Assembly (NCBI GenBank): GCA_025937235.1
Contig: JAICRU010000004.1
Coordinates: forward strand, 777-64,776
DNA length: 64,000 nt
Direction of reading: 5' to 3'
DNA from: Acidimicrobiia bacterium
GTDB taxonomy: Bacteria > Actinomycetota > Acidimicrobiia > Spongiisociales > ZC4RG35
The position numbers and the translations under genes are program-made. Below the pieces are notes generated by a model that saw nothing but the letters and a program-made list of their open reading frames with translations, ran no database searches and was not told the origin of the DNA. Of this stretch, positions 1-8,801 are shown one piece after another; positions within the stretch are counted from its first letter, which is position 1, and every line of letters begins with the position of its first letter.

Positions 1-398
1 CCCCCGAGGTGTCCGGGTCGAGCCGGGTGCTGCACATGATGGCCGAGGATCTCGCCTTCGACGACCGCGAGTTCGATGCAGTGGTCGCGGTCCATGCCAT
101 CGAGCACATCCCGCCCCTCGATGAGGCGGCAGCCGAGATAGCCAGGGTGCTCAAACCCGGTGGAAGGGCATTGTTCATCTACCCGGCGGAGCCGATCCAG
201 GGCCTCTACGCCGTCCCCACCTCGATGATCCTCTACCGAACGCCGTTGAGGGCCCGGGAGGTGCATTGCCATTGGCTCTCCCCGGCCAAGGTGCGCCGGA
301 TAATGGAACCTCATGGGCTCATCGAGACCCACCACGAGTTCAACTTGCTCAAATCGCCCCAGTTCATCTCGGTGTTCACCAGGGTCTCACCAAATTGA
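1..398 (+). CDS. class I SAM-dependent methyltransferase, C-terminal fragment (gene starts upstream of window)
   Basis: ORF 9..398. VVAVHAIEHIPPLDEAAAEIARVLKPGGRALFIYP resembles the distal motifs of Methyltransf_11-type enzymes. The frame is open to the window edge. Confidence 0.6.
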   Translation, partial: PEVSGSSRVLHMMAEDLAFDDREFDAVVAVHAIEHIPPLDEAAAEIARVLKPGGRALFIYPAEPIQGLYAVPTSMILYRTPLRAREVHCHWLSPAKVRRIMEPHGLIETHHEFNLLKSPQFISVFTRVSPN

Positions 399-407
399 GA
401 CGGAGAA

Positions 408-1112
408 GTGTCATATACGCGTCTCGTCCCAATTTCGGTGGTTGCTGACGTGTTCACCTGTCAGACCTGTGGCCGGGAATTCGAGATGCGTCAGGACGTC
501 CTCGATCGCTATCCGGGTTGGGTGCCACGTCAGTGCCTCGATTGCCGTGATGGCGGCCGGATGCCGGCCGCCACCAGTGCAGCTCCTGAACCGGCGCGGG
601 CATCGACGCCGGTCAGCAGGACCAAGGCCAGGGATCTGACCGTGGCCGAGGTCCTCGACTCGTTCACGGATGGACCTGACACCGGGGTGTTCACCGACGG
701 CGCAGCGGAGGGCAATCCGGGCCCGGGGGGATGGGGAGCGGTGTACGTCGTGGAGGGAGAGGTCGTCCGCGAAGAGCAGGGCTCAGACCCCTACACGACC
801 AACAACAAGATGGAGCTCACCGCCTTGATCGCGGGTCTCCGCATGATCCCGCCCGCCTCCGGCATCGACGTCTACACCGACTCGCAACTCGTGGTGAACA
901 TCGTCACCAAGTGGGCTGAGGGCTGGGAGGCGAGAGGGTGGACCAAGAAGTCCCCCGGCCCCATCGCCAACCTAGAACTGGTCAAGGAGGCCTACGCCCT
1001 CGCCAAACAGCGGCCCGGGGCGCGGATCCAATGGATCAAGGCGCACAGCGGATATCGCTGGAACGAGTACGCCGACGCCCTGGCCACCTCCTATCGGCGC
1101 CAGATCCACTAG
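408..1112 (+). CDS. rnhA: ribonuclease HI with N-terminal four-Cys zinc-ribbon extension
   Basis: TDGAAEGNPGPGGWGAVY, NNKMELTALI, TDSQLVVN and KAHSGYRWNEYADALA match the RNase H catalytic core. The N-terminus carries CQTC...CLDC. Confidence 0.85.
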   Translation: MSYTRLVPISVVADVFTCQTCGREFEMRQDVLDRYPGWVPRQCLDCRDGGRMPAATSAAPEPARASTPVSRTKARDLTVAEVLDSFTDGPDTGVFTDGAAEGNPGPGGWGAVYVVEGEVVREEQGSDPYTTNNKMELTALIAGLRMIPPASGIDVYTDSQLVVNIVTKWAEGWEARGWTKKSPGPIANLELVKEAYALAKQRPGARIQWIKAHSGYRWNEYADALATSYRRQIH

Positions 1113-2107
1113 TGGCTTCGCCGGTCACCCCGCAACACATGCGGGACTGGGGGAAACACGCCCACGGCTCCCCGTTGTACGCCACTCTCGTCGACGTCGT
1201 CTCCGGAGACGCGGAGCTGATGCGGGTGATCAACCGCATCGAGCATCAGCTCCCTCCCAATCTGTTGTTCGCTGCGGTGCAGTACCTCCTCATGGAGGAT
1301 GCCGACGATGACCTCTCCCGCTTCTATCCATCCCTGGCCATGGATGCGGATCCGCCTGAGGAGGTCGGTCCCCACTTCCGGCGCTTCGTGCTCGAGCACG
1401 AGGAAGCCATCGTCGAGATCGGCAATACCCGGTACACCCAGACCAACGAGTGCCGGCGCTGCATTGCCTTGCTCCCCATGGTGCTGATGGCGCCTTTCGA
1501 CTCGTTCCATCTGGTCGATATCGGTGCCAGCGCCGGCCTCAACCTGGCCATCGACCACTATGGCTACCGCTATGACGTCGTGCACTGGCACACCGATGCG
1601 AGGCTCGTCCTCGAAGCCGAATGGAGGGGAGCACCCGTGGCGCTCCACGAGATCGAGGTGGTCGGGCGGACCGGTCTCGACCTCAGCCCCATCGACCCCT
1701 CCGACGAGGGTGCACGTCGCTGGCTGGACGCCCTCATCTGGCCCGAGCACCACGAGCGAAGGGCGCGGCTTCGATCCGCCCTCGAGCTGGTGTCGACCCT
1801 CGACATCGAGGTGGTCGCAGGCGATGCGACCGACACCCTGCCCGGGTGTCTCGACGCGCTCGTCCCTGGAGTTCCGGTCATAATCATGAGCTCGTTCACC
1901 CTGGGCCAGTTCAGCCCGGCCCAGCGGGACCACCTCGAGGCAGTAGTCACCGATGCGAGGGCCCACCGGCCGGTCCATCGCATCTCGATGGACGCCCTCG
2001 ACAAATCGGATGATTGGGCTCAACTCGTCGTGGACGACGGGAGCGGCCCGCGCACGGTGGGCCAGGCACATCCCCATGGGGAATGGGTCGAGATCTACCG
2101 GAGCTGA
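1112..2107 (+). CDS. conserved hypothetical protein (DUF2332-like)
   Basis: 3' part of ORF 938..2107. GTG at 1112 overlaps the rnhA TAG (TAGTG); alternative ATG at 1139. GC3-rich codons. The family name is from memory of the HAHGSPLYATL...LLFAAVQYLL pattern. Confidence 0.6.
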   Translation: MASPVTPQHMRDWGKHAHGSPLYATLVDVVSGDAELMRVINRIEHQLPPNLLFAAVQYLLMEDADDDLSRFYPSLAMDADPPEEVGPHFRRFVLEHEEAIVEIGNTRYTQTNECRRCIALLPMVLMAPFDSFHLVDIGASAGLNLAIDHYGYRYDVVHWHTDARLVLEAEWRGAPVALHEIEVVGRTGLDLSPIDPSDEGARRWLDALIWPEHHERRARLRSALELVSTLDIEVVAGDATDTLPGCLDALVPGVPVIIMSSFTLGQFSPAQRDHLEAVVTDARAHRPVHRISMDALDKSDDWAQLVVDDGSGPRTVGQAHPHGEWVEIYRS

Positions 2108-2827
2108 TCAAGCCCGACCGTAGACCGGTATCTCCGCGCCATTGATGACGCCGGAGTCGTCGCTGAGGAGGAAGTAGGCGACGGCGGCGATCTCCTCGGG
2201 CGTCGGCCAGTCGACGTAGTCGGCGTATGGCAGCGATCTCCGCGTCGCCGGGGTGTCGATGACAGACGGGAGTAGCACATTGGCCGTCACCCCGGTCCCG
2301 TCCAGCTCCTGGGCCACCGACCTGGTCAGCGCCACGACGCCCGCCTTGGCGATGTTGAAGGCGGCCTGGCCGGTCGGGTAGTCGACGGCGGCCCTGCTAC
2401 CGACGGTGACGATGCGGCCCCAGCCGGTCTCGACGAGATAGGGGAGCACGGCCCTGACCGAGTTGAATGTGGAGCGAAGGTTCAGGTCGAGCATCCGTTC
2501 GAACCGGACGTCATCGGTCTCGACCACATCCCGGCCTCCCGCCCATCCCCCGACCAGGGCGACGAGCCCGTGTATCGCCCCCCAGCGATCCGCCACGCTC
2601 TTCATGAAGGTGTTGATCGCCTCGGCGTTCGTGGCGTCCACCCGGACCAGGAGCACCTGGTCCTCGTCGAGGTCGAACTCCTGCTCGAACTGCTCCGCCT
2701 CGTCGGGCAGGAGATACGTGATAGCCAGCCGGTGGTCGTCGTTGATCAGACGTCGCACCAGGGCGGTCCCCAGACCGCCCGTCCCACCGGTGATCACGAG
2801 TGTCTTCTGCATGCTGCTGCGGGCCAC
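2108..2827 (-). CDS. short-chain dehydrogenase/reductase (SDR)
   Basis: KTLVITGGTGGLGTALVRRL Rossmann motif, plus NIAKAGVVALTRSVA containing the SDR active-site Lys region. GTG at 2827 lies 1 nt after the upstream stop; alternative ATG at 2812. Confidence 0.85.
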   Translation of the reverse strand: MARSSMQKTLVITGGTGGLGTALVRRLINDDHRLAITYLLPDEAEQFEQEFDLDEDQVLLVRVDATNAEAINTFMKSVADRWGAIHGLVALVGGWAGGRDVVETDDVRFERMLDLNLRSTFNSVRAVLPYLVETGWGRIVTVGSRAAVDYPTGQAAFNIAKAGVVALTRSVAQELDGTGVTANVLLPSVIDTPATRRSLPYADYVDWPTPEEIAAVAYFLLSDDSGVINGAEIPVYGRA

Positions 2828-2828
2828 T

Positions 2829-4046
2829 CTACGGCGGGGCCATCAACCCCCGCCACAGGATCCACAGGTCCGATACGTTGGTCCCGGTAGGGCCGCATCG
2901 GATCAGATCGGAGGTCGCCGCCAGGTATGCGGCGGAGTCGCAGCCGTGAATGGCCCCGGACGGATCGCCCCCTCTCATGAGGGTCGACCCGTCGACGATC
3001 GCCCCCGCCGCATCGGAGCTGCCGTCCATCCCGTCGGTGGCGAAGGCGCAGAACAGCTCCCCCGGGTGGAGGGCCCCGGCGGCGAGGAGGGCGGCATGTG
3101 TGTTCCGGCCACCCGCCCCCTTTCCGGTGATCTGCAGCGTCACCTCACCCGTCCCCACCGTCACCCCTGGCCCGGCGGCTCGGAGGAACCGTCGGAGACA
3201 CGCGCTCAGGTCCCCATTCAGCCAGGCGGGTGCCATCCGGCCCGGCCCGGGGGCGGCATCGGCGATGGCCCGGGCGGCGGTACGACCGTCGGCGAGGATG
3301 CTGACGCGCGGAGCCGGAAGGCTCGAGATCCGCGCTCGCATCGCTTCGGCCACCTGCTCGGGGACATCGATGGACACCTCCTTCAGGATCTGCAACGCAG
3401 CATCGGGGTCGTGACGACCCGGGATCGTCGGTCCCGACGCCACCACCTCCGCCCCGGCCGCTCCCACGTCGGAGATGACGTAGGTGTCGATGGGCCGGCC
3501 CGCCGCTGCCGCCAGCCCGCCGCCCTTCACGGTGGAGAGATGGCTGCGGACCAAGTTGACAGCCTCGATGTCGGCCCCGGAGGCGATGAGACTGGCGTTC
3601 ACCCGCCGAAGGAAGTCGGCCGGGACGCCTTCTCGTGGCGACTCGCACAACGCCGACCCGCCACCGGAGACCAGGGCAACGAGGTCGACGGTGGGCGGAA
3701 TGCCCTTCACTGCATCGAGTACCGCAGCTCCGGCAGCGAGGCTCCGTTTCCCCGGCACCGGGTGGTCACCCACCACCGATTTCATCGTCTTCGGTACCCC
3801 GTTGGGATGACCGGACACGCATATCCCACCGGTCACATCGAGGACCGAGGCTGCACCCCGGGCCATGGCCGGGGCTGCCTTGCCGATGGCTATGACCGTC
3901 GCCGGCCCGCTGTGACGGTCGGCCAGCGCCTCCGCGGTGAGACGCTCAGGATCTACCGCTCGGAGCGCGTCCATCAGCCAGCCAAGGACGAAGCGACGTC
4001 GCTCCGGATCCGGTGCGAGGACCCCAGTGTCGAAGTCGATCGTCAC
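2829..4046 (-). CDS. MOFRL/DUF4147-family glycerate 2-kinase homologue
   Basis: C-terminal FATDGMDGSSDAAGAIVDG and GPTGTNVSDLWILW are typical of the MOFRL domain. GTG at 4046 overlaps the cofC TGA (GTGA). The longer ORF to 4346 would overlap cofC. Confidence 0.75.
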   Translation of the reverse strand: MTIDFDTGVLAPDPERRRFVLGWLMDALRAVDPERLTAEALADRHSGPATVIAIGKAAPAMARGAASVLDVTGGICVSGHPNGVPKTMKSVVGDHPVPGKRSLAAGAAVLDAVKGIPPTVDLVALVSGGGSALCESPREGVPADFLRRVNASLIASGADIEAVNLVRSHLSTVKGGGLAAAAGRPIDTYVISDVGAAGAEVVASGPTIPGRHDPDAALQILKEVSIDVPEQVAEAMRARISSLPAPRVSILADGRTAARAIADAAPGPGRMAPAWLNGDLSACLRRFLRAAGPGVTVGTGEVTLQITGKGAGGRNTHAALLAAGALHPGELFCAFATDGMDGSSDAAGAIVDGSTLMRGGDPSGAIHGCDSAAYLAATSDLIRCGPTGTNVSDLWILWRGLMAPP

Positions 4047-4648
4047 ATCATCCCGGCCAGCCAGGCCCCGCGGGGATGGTTGCGGGCAGATATTAGATCG
4101 GCGACGGTGTCGACGTCGTGGAGCAGGCCGAGACGGGCCACGATTCCCGAGTTGGGGTAGCGGGCGAGATGACGCCGGAAGCTGCCTGGACCGTACGAGA
4201 ACATGTAGTGGCCACGGCCTCCCATGGCCGATGTCCCTCCGTCTGCCGAAGGGGCGAGCACCGATCCGTGTCGCATCAGGGCGGCGTGCAGGAAGCGCAG
4301 GTCGGAAGCGGTGAGAAGGGGAAGATCGGAATGGACCACCATCCAATGACTCCCGGTCTCATCAGCCCAATAGGTCCCCGCGGAAGCAGCGCCATCGAGG
4401 CCGCCCCCGGGATCCGGCATGGACGGGAACCCATGGAGAAGCGCCCACTCGGCCACCTCGACATCGCCAGCGATCAAGAGAGGGAGGAGCCCTGCTTCCA
4501 CCGTGAGTCCAGCGGTGCGCTCGGCCAGGGCCCTGCCCAACTCGGACCGATCTGCGGCGTCGAGATGAGCGGCGAGGCGCCCCTTGCCCAGACGAAAGGA
4601 TTTGACGGGGAGGATGGCGATCGTGGCACGGATGCCCGGTGGGATCAG
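4043..4648 (-). CDS. cofC: 2-phospho-L-lactate/phosphoenolpyruvate guanylyltransferase (F420 biosynthesis)
   Basis: LPVKSFRLGKGRLA, VVHSDLPLLTASDL, PSADGGTSAM, YGPGSFRRH and DVDTVADL align by eye with M. tuberculosis FbiD. The first canonical start (TTG 4540) would delete the conserved IAILPVKSF N-terminus, so the start is placed at CTG 4648 (uncertain). Confidence 0.8.
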   Translation of the reverse strand: MIPPGIRATIAILPVKSFRLGKGRLAAHLDAADRSELGRALAERTAGLTVEAGLLPLLIAGDVEVAEWALLHGFPSMPDPGGGLDGAASAGTYWADETGSHWMVVHSDLPLLTASDLRFLHAALMRHGSVLAPSADGGTSAMGGRGHYMFSYGPGSFRRHLARYPNSGIVARLGLLHDVDTVADLISARNHPRGAWLAGMM

Positions 4649-5085
4649 GGCACGACCATGACCGGGACCGGGGAGTGGTGGCAGAGTCGGTCGGCGACGC
4701 TGCCCAGCATCACTCGCTCCGCCAGCCCAGCACCCCTCTTGCCGATCACGATCAAACCTGCTTCTCGTTCCTCGGCGACGGCGATGAGACGCGACGTGGG
4801 GTCACCAAGCTCTTCAACGGTCTCGTAGTCCACGCCGTCCAGTGCGAGACGCTCCTCGTTCTCCTTGAGGACCTGCTGCTGCCCTTCCACCAATGCAGCG
4901 GACAGCGCCTCGGGAGTGGGCGGAGCGCCCCCGATGCCCCACCAGCCCTCCGGCGGCCGGACGACGGTGACGAGGACCAGCTTGGCCTCCCGGGATCTGG
5001 CGATCTCGGCGGCGATCTCTGCCGCTCGACCGCTCGTCTCCGAACCGTCGACTCCGACCACGATCGATTTTGGGTTCCAGGTCAT
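4645..5085 (-). CDS. universal stress protein (UspA family)
   Basis: MTWNPKSIVVGVDGSETSGRAAEIA...LIVIGKRGAGLAERVMLGSVADRLCHHSPVPVMVV is a typical Usp fold signature. ATG at 5085; the longer 353-aa ORF is a GC-rich extension. Confidence 0.85.
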   Translation of the reverse strand: MTWNPKSIVVGVDGSETSGRAAEIAAEIARSREAKLVLVTVVRPPEGWWGIGGAPPTPEALSAALVEGQQQVLKENEERLALDGVDYETVEELGDPTSRLIAVAEEREAGLIVIGKRGAGLAERVMLGSVADRLCHHSPVPVMVVP

Positions 5086-5138
5086 GCTTGAGGGCACCTC
5101 CTCGCCAGACGATAGGCAGGTCGCCAAGCGGCGCGATC

Positions 5139-5597
5139 TCAGAAGATGGTGGCTTTGATCACGTGGGCCATCCCCAGCGCCCAGAGACCGGCCACCACGT
5201 CGTCGAGGACGATCCCGGCCGCTCCCGGCATCGAATCGGCCTGATAGACCCCGGGAAACGGCCGCTTGGTGATGTCCACCAGGCGGAACAGGCCGAATCC
5301 GATGACCGCCGGCCAACCCAGCAGCCCGATCGTGGCCACCAGGGTCCCGGCTGCCTCGTCGATGACGATCCATCCGGCGTCGCCTTCGGTCGCTGCCACC
5401 CCTCTCGCCGACCAATAGGCGAGCGCGGTCACGATCAGCGCCGCGACGAGCTGCCCACGCCATCCCCAGGCTTCCCCGACCAGCAAGGCGAGAAAAAGGC
5501 CGACCAGGCCTCCCACCGTCCCGGACCCGGCGTCGGAGCCGCGGATCCTGCGAAGGATCAGACCCGCCCCGAAGAGCGAGGCGGTGAGTCTGGCCAT
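5139..5597 (-). CDS. pgpA: phosphatidylglycerophosphatase A
   Basis: SGTVGGLVG...VIDEAAG...LFRLVDITKRPFPG...GIVLDDVVAGLWA matches PgpA family motifs. ATG at 5597. Confidence 0.8.
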   Translation of the reverse strand: MARLTASLFGAGLILRRIRGSDAGSGTVGGLVGLFLALLVGEAWGWRGQLVAALIVTALAYWSARGVAATEGDAGWIVIDEAAGTLVATIGLLGWPAVIGFGLFRLVDITKRPFPGVYQADSMPGAAGIVLDDVVAGLWALGMAHVIKATIF

Positions 5598-5608
5598 CGG
5601 AGGCGAGG

Positions 5609-6523
5609 CTAGTTCTGGGCCTCCCAACCTTCGAGCACCCGCATGGCCCTGAGCGTGTTCCATCGGCTCGGCTCGCCGACCGTCTCCATCTCGAACCATG
5701 TCTCACCCGGCCAGCGCTGCTGGAGGGCCCAGGTGCCGTCGGCTAGGCGCTTCCCGGCCAACACCTCGATGGCGTCGGCGAGCCGGTGGTCACGGAGGGC
5801 ACCGGCAGACCAGAAGTAGTCGAGGCCACGCAGGACGTCGTAGTGCCAGCGTGGTGGGAACGAGAAGCGGAGGTAACGCTGGTCGACCACTTCGCCGGTG
5901 CGATGAGAGCGGAACAACCGGTGCTGCAGGAAGAACTCCTGGCCCAGCGCCTCGGCCCGTTCCACCTCCACACGGCGGTGGGCGCTTGTGACTGCGCATT
6001 GGCGGATGGCCTCGAGGGCGGTGCAGGTGGTGTGGAACGAGCCGTGCCTCGAGTCCTCGTCGCAGTTCCAGCCGCCGTCGGCCAATTGCAGGGCCAAGAC
6101 GTGCTCGAGGACCGGCTGGCGCAGCCGATCGTCCACGTCGAACCAGTAGAGGAGAGCCAGGACCATTGCCGCGATGCAGGCATCTCGGTCTTTGCGGATC
6201 CCCAGACCCTCCTCGACGAACAGATGACATGATCTGATGGCCCTGGGGTCGGAACGTGGCAGACCGAACGCCCTCAGCAGCATCATCGAGTAAGTGGTCG
6301 ATATCCACTTCCTGCCGTACAGCTTCGGCGTCCAGCGGCCCTCACCATCCTGATGCCCGAGCAACCGCGCCCCCCAGCCCTCGACAGCCACCTTTTCCTG
6401 TTCGGTGCGCCAGCCCGACACGGGGGTCCGGGTGAGGTCACGCATCACCTGCCATCTGATCGCCGGATCACCATCGAGGAGCCAGTCGATGGTGATGGAT
6501 CGGGCGGGTTTGCTCAGAGCCAT
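5609..6523 (-). CDS. prenyltransferase/squalene-cyclase-like repeat (alpha/alpha toroid) protein
   Basis: Repeated DG(G/T)W motifs (HQDGEGRW, LADGGWNCDE, LADGTWAL), as in terpenoid cyclase/prenyltransferase beta-subunit repeats. The function is unknown. Confidence 0.55.
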   Translation of the reverse strand: MALSKPARSITIDWLLDGDPAIRWQVMRDLTRTPVSGWRTEQEKVAVEGWGARLLGHQDGEGRWTPKLYGRKWISTTYSMMLLRAFGLPRSDPRAIRSCHLFVEEGLGIRKDRDACIAAMVLALLYWFDVDDRLRQPVLEHVLALQLADGGWNCDEDSRHGSFHTTCTALEAIRQCAVTSAHRRVEVERAEALGQEFFLQHRLFRSHRTGEVVDQRYLRFSFPPRWHYDVLRGLDYFWSAGALRDHRLADAIEVLAGKRLADGTWALQQRWPGETWFEMETVGEPSRWNTLRAMRVLEGWEAQN

Positions 6524-6600
6524 GATCGGGATTCAACCAAGCCTGGGCCCGATGGGAAATCGACGGTTCCGATCGATCGAACAGCAGTTAGCCTTCACGA

Positions 6601-7515
6601 ATGGAACCGGCCAACAAGATATGGGTCGATGGCGAGTTCGTCGATTGGGACCAAGCCACCGTCCACTTCCTGTCACATTCCCTCCAATACGGGACCGGTG
6701 TCTTCGAGGGCATTCGCGCCTACAAGACACCCGAGGGAACCGCCGTATTCCGTCTCCATGACCACATGGTCCGTCTCGTCGCCTCGGCTCGCGCCTACGG
6801 CCTCCCCATGAAGGAGACCGCGGAGGAGATGGACGAGGTCTGTCTCGAATTGCTCCGGGTGAACGATCTCGAGTCCGCCTACATCCGGCCCTTCGTCTTC
6901 TACGGCGCCGGCGCATTCGGCATCAACCCCAAGGCAAGCCCGGTACACAACTACATGGCGGCGTTCTACTTGGGCAGTTATATGGGCGATCAAGGGGTAC
7001 AGAACGGGATCACCACGATGGTCTCCAGTTGGCGCCGGATCTCGCACACCAGCTTCATCCCCACTGCCAAGGGGTCGGGCCAGTACCTCAACTCGGTGCT
7101 GGCCAAGCAGGAGGCGCTCCGGGCGGGGTACGACGAGGCGCTGATGCTCAACGACGTGGGTCTGGTCTCTGAGGGCAGCGGGATGAACTTGTTCACCGTG
7201 AGCAGGGGAGTCGTCTACACGCCCCCGGTGTCATCCGGCATCCTCGAGGGGATCACCCGAGACACCGTCTTCGAGTTGTTGACCGGCGAGGGGTTCGAAG
7301 TGGTCCAGACGGACCTGGCCCGGGGCAGCCTCTACACCGCCGACGAGGTCTTCCTCACCGGGACCGCGGCCGAGGTGACCCCGGTGCGGGAGATCGACGG
7401 GAGGATCATCGGAATCGGTGAGCCCGGGCCGACCACCCGCAAGGCGCAGGACCTGTTCTCGGATCTGGTCTCGGCCAAGATTCCCCAGTACCGCCACTGG
7501 CTGACCTTCGTCTAG
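6601..7515 (+). CDS. ilvE: branched-chain amino acid aminotransferase (class IV)
   Basis: IWVDGEFVDWDQATVHFLSHSLQYGTGVFEGIRAY, SGQYLNSVLAKQEA and EVFLTGTAAEVTPV are class IV PLP aminotransferase signatures. Confidence 0.9.
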   Translation: MEPANKIWVDGEFVDWDQATVHFLSHSLQYGTGVFEGIRAYKTPEGTAVFRLHDHMVRLVASARAYGLPMKETAEEMDEVCLELLRVNDLESAYIRPFVFYGAGAFGINPKASPVHNYMAAFYLGSYMGDQGVQNGITTMVSSWRRISHTSFIPTAKGSGQYLNSVLAKQEALRAGYDEALMLNDVGLVSEGSGMNLFTVSRGVVYTPPVSSGILEGITRDTVFELLTGEGFEVVQTDLARGSLYTADEVFLTGTAAEVTPVREIDGRIIGIGEPGPTTRKAQDLFSDLVSAKIPQYRHWLTFV

Positions 7516-7525
7516 CGATGGCCCG

Positions 7526-8023
7526 GTGATGGGGCAGCAGCCCAACATCGAAGTGACCGAGGCTGAGCGGCCGCGCCCGGTCCCTCAGCCCCCTCCTGCT
7601 CGCCGGTGGCGGCCGGACATCAAACCGGGTATACCCACCACGCCTGACGAGGTCCCACGGGGCGGTCGTTTCGGCTCGCCCGCACCGGATGGGGGGTGGG
7701 GTCTCCGGATAATCGACATGGCAGACCTGCCCGACGACGACCCGAACCTGAGGGCGGTGATCGCCGCACTTGCCATCGCCCGGGCCGGAGCCCTGGGCAG
7801 GGGACCCGTCCTCGAGGACGTCGAGGTCGCACTTGTCCTCACCGGATACGGATACGAGGCGCCCGATCTGGTGACCGAGCGCCGGGAGCGATGGATGGCT
7901 GCAGTGCCACATGAGGGGCGGCCCGGCCAGACCGCGGCAGGCGAGGTAGACCGTGACCTCCTGGTAAGGAAGCCAGACGACGTGCAACGCGCCCTCGGTG
8001 GGCAGAGCGCCGGCGCCCGCTAG
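7526..8023 (+). CDS. hypothetical protein (Pro/Arg-rich N-terminus)
   Basis: ORF with GC3-rich codons fills the gap between ilvE and the FAH gene on the same strand. I recognise no family. Confidence 0.5.
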   Translation: MMGQQPNIEVTEAERPRPVPQPPPARRWRPDIKPGIPTTPDEVPRGGRFGSPAPDGGWGLRIIDMADLPDDDPNLRAVIAALAIARAGALGRGPVLEDVEVALVLTGYGYEAPDLVTERRERWMAAVPHEGRPGQTAAGEVDRDLLVRKPDDVQRALGGQSAGAR

Positions 8024-8036
8024 CTTCCGGTCCCCC

Positions 8037-8801
8037 ATGAAGCTCGTTCGCATCAAGGCCGGCGACGACATCGCCTACGGTGTCGCCGACACCGAAGGCG
8101 TCCTCGTCTACAAAGGCTCGCCCTTCGTCGCCTGGGAGCCGACCGAGACAGTGGTCCCCTGGGAGACGGCTCAGATCCTCGCCCCTGTCCTGCCCTCCAA
8201 GATCGTGGCGGTAGGCCGTAACTACGAGGACCATGCCGCCGAGCAGGACGTGGCCACACCGGAGGAGCCGATCATCTTCCTCAAACCGGCGACCTCGGTG
8301 GTCGGCCCCGAAGCCAATGTGGTCCATCCAGCGATCTCGGAGAACGTGCAGCACGAGGCGGAGCTGGCCGTGGTCGTGAGCAGGGTGGCCCGCCATGTCA
8401 GGGCCGAGGACGCCTCTGCCTACATCCTGGGCTATACCGCGGCCAACGACGTGACGGCTCGGGACCTGCAGAGAAAGGACGGGCAATGGGCCCGGGGAAA
8501 GGGATTCGACACATTCTGCCCGCTGGGCCCGGCGATCGAGACCGAGCTCGATCCTCTGGAGAAGCTGGCTGTCATCTGCCGGGTCAACGGGGAGGTGAGA
8601 CAGGCAGGCTTCACCTCGGATATGGTCTTTGGCGTGGCCGAGCTGTTCCAGTTCGTCACCGAGGTGATGACCCTGCTCCCCGGTGACGTCCTCCTCACCG
8701 GGACGCCCGCCGGCGTGAGCAAGGTCGAGCCGGGCGACGTTATGGAGGTCGAGGTCGACGGGATCGGCGTCCTCGAGAACAGGGTGGTCGCGGCCAGATG
8801 A
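8037..8801 (+). CDS. fumarylacetoacetate hydrolase (FAH) family protein
   Basis: [49 protein letters not shown] and LLTGTPAGV match the FAA_hydrolase fold. ATG at 8037. The position upstream of gltX mirrors mycobacteria. Confidence 0.85.
   Translation: MKLVRIKAGDDIAYGVADTEGVLVYKGSPFVAWEPTETVVPWETAQILAPVLPSKIVAVGRNYEDHAAEQDVATPEEPIIFLKPATSVVGPEANVVHPAISENVQHEAELAVVVSRVARHVRAEDASAYILGYTAANDVTARDLQRKDGQWARGKGFDTFCPLGPAIETELDPLEKLAVICRVNGEVRQAGFTSDMVFGVAELFQFVTEVMTLLPGDVLLTGTPAGVSKVEPGDVMEVEVDGIGVLENRVVAAR

Noticed and set aside
1109-4160. Long antisense/alternative-frame ORFs (e.g. 1109..2077 -, 2463..4160 +; likewise 20259..22388 +, 52851..54248 -, 53777..55243 +, 7839..8828 -)
   Set aside because: These are typical shadow ORFs of GC-rich DNA. 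Their translations are Arg/Pro/Gly-rich low-complexity with no recognisable motifs. Each overlaps a gene with clear family signatures on the other strand or frame.
6524-6600. Leader or T-box-like element upstream of ilvE (contains the CGATCGATCG palindrome)
   Set aside because: The 77-nt spacer is too short for a T-box. No specifier or T-box sequence is visible. The palindrome alone is weak evidence.
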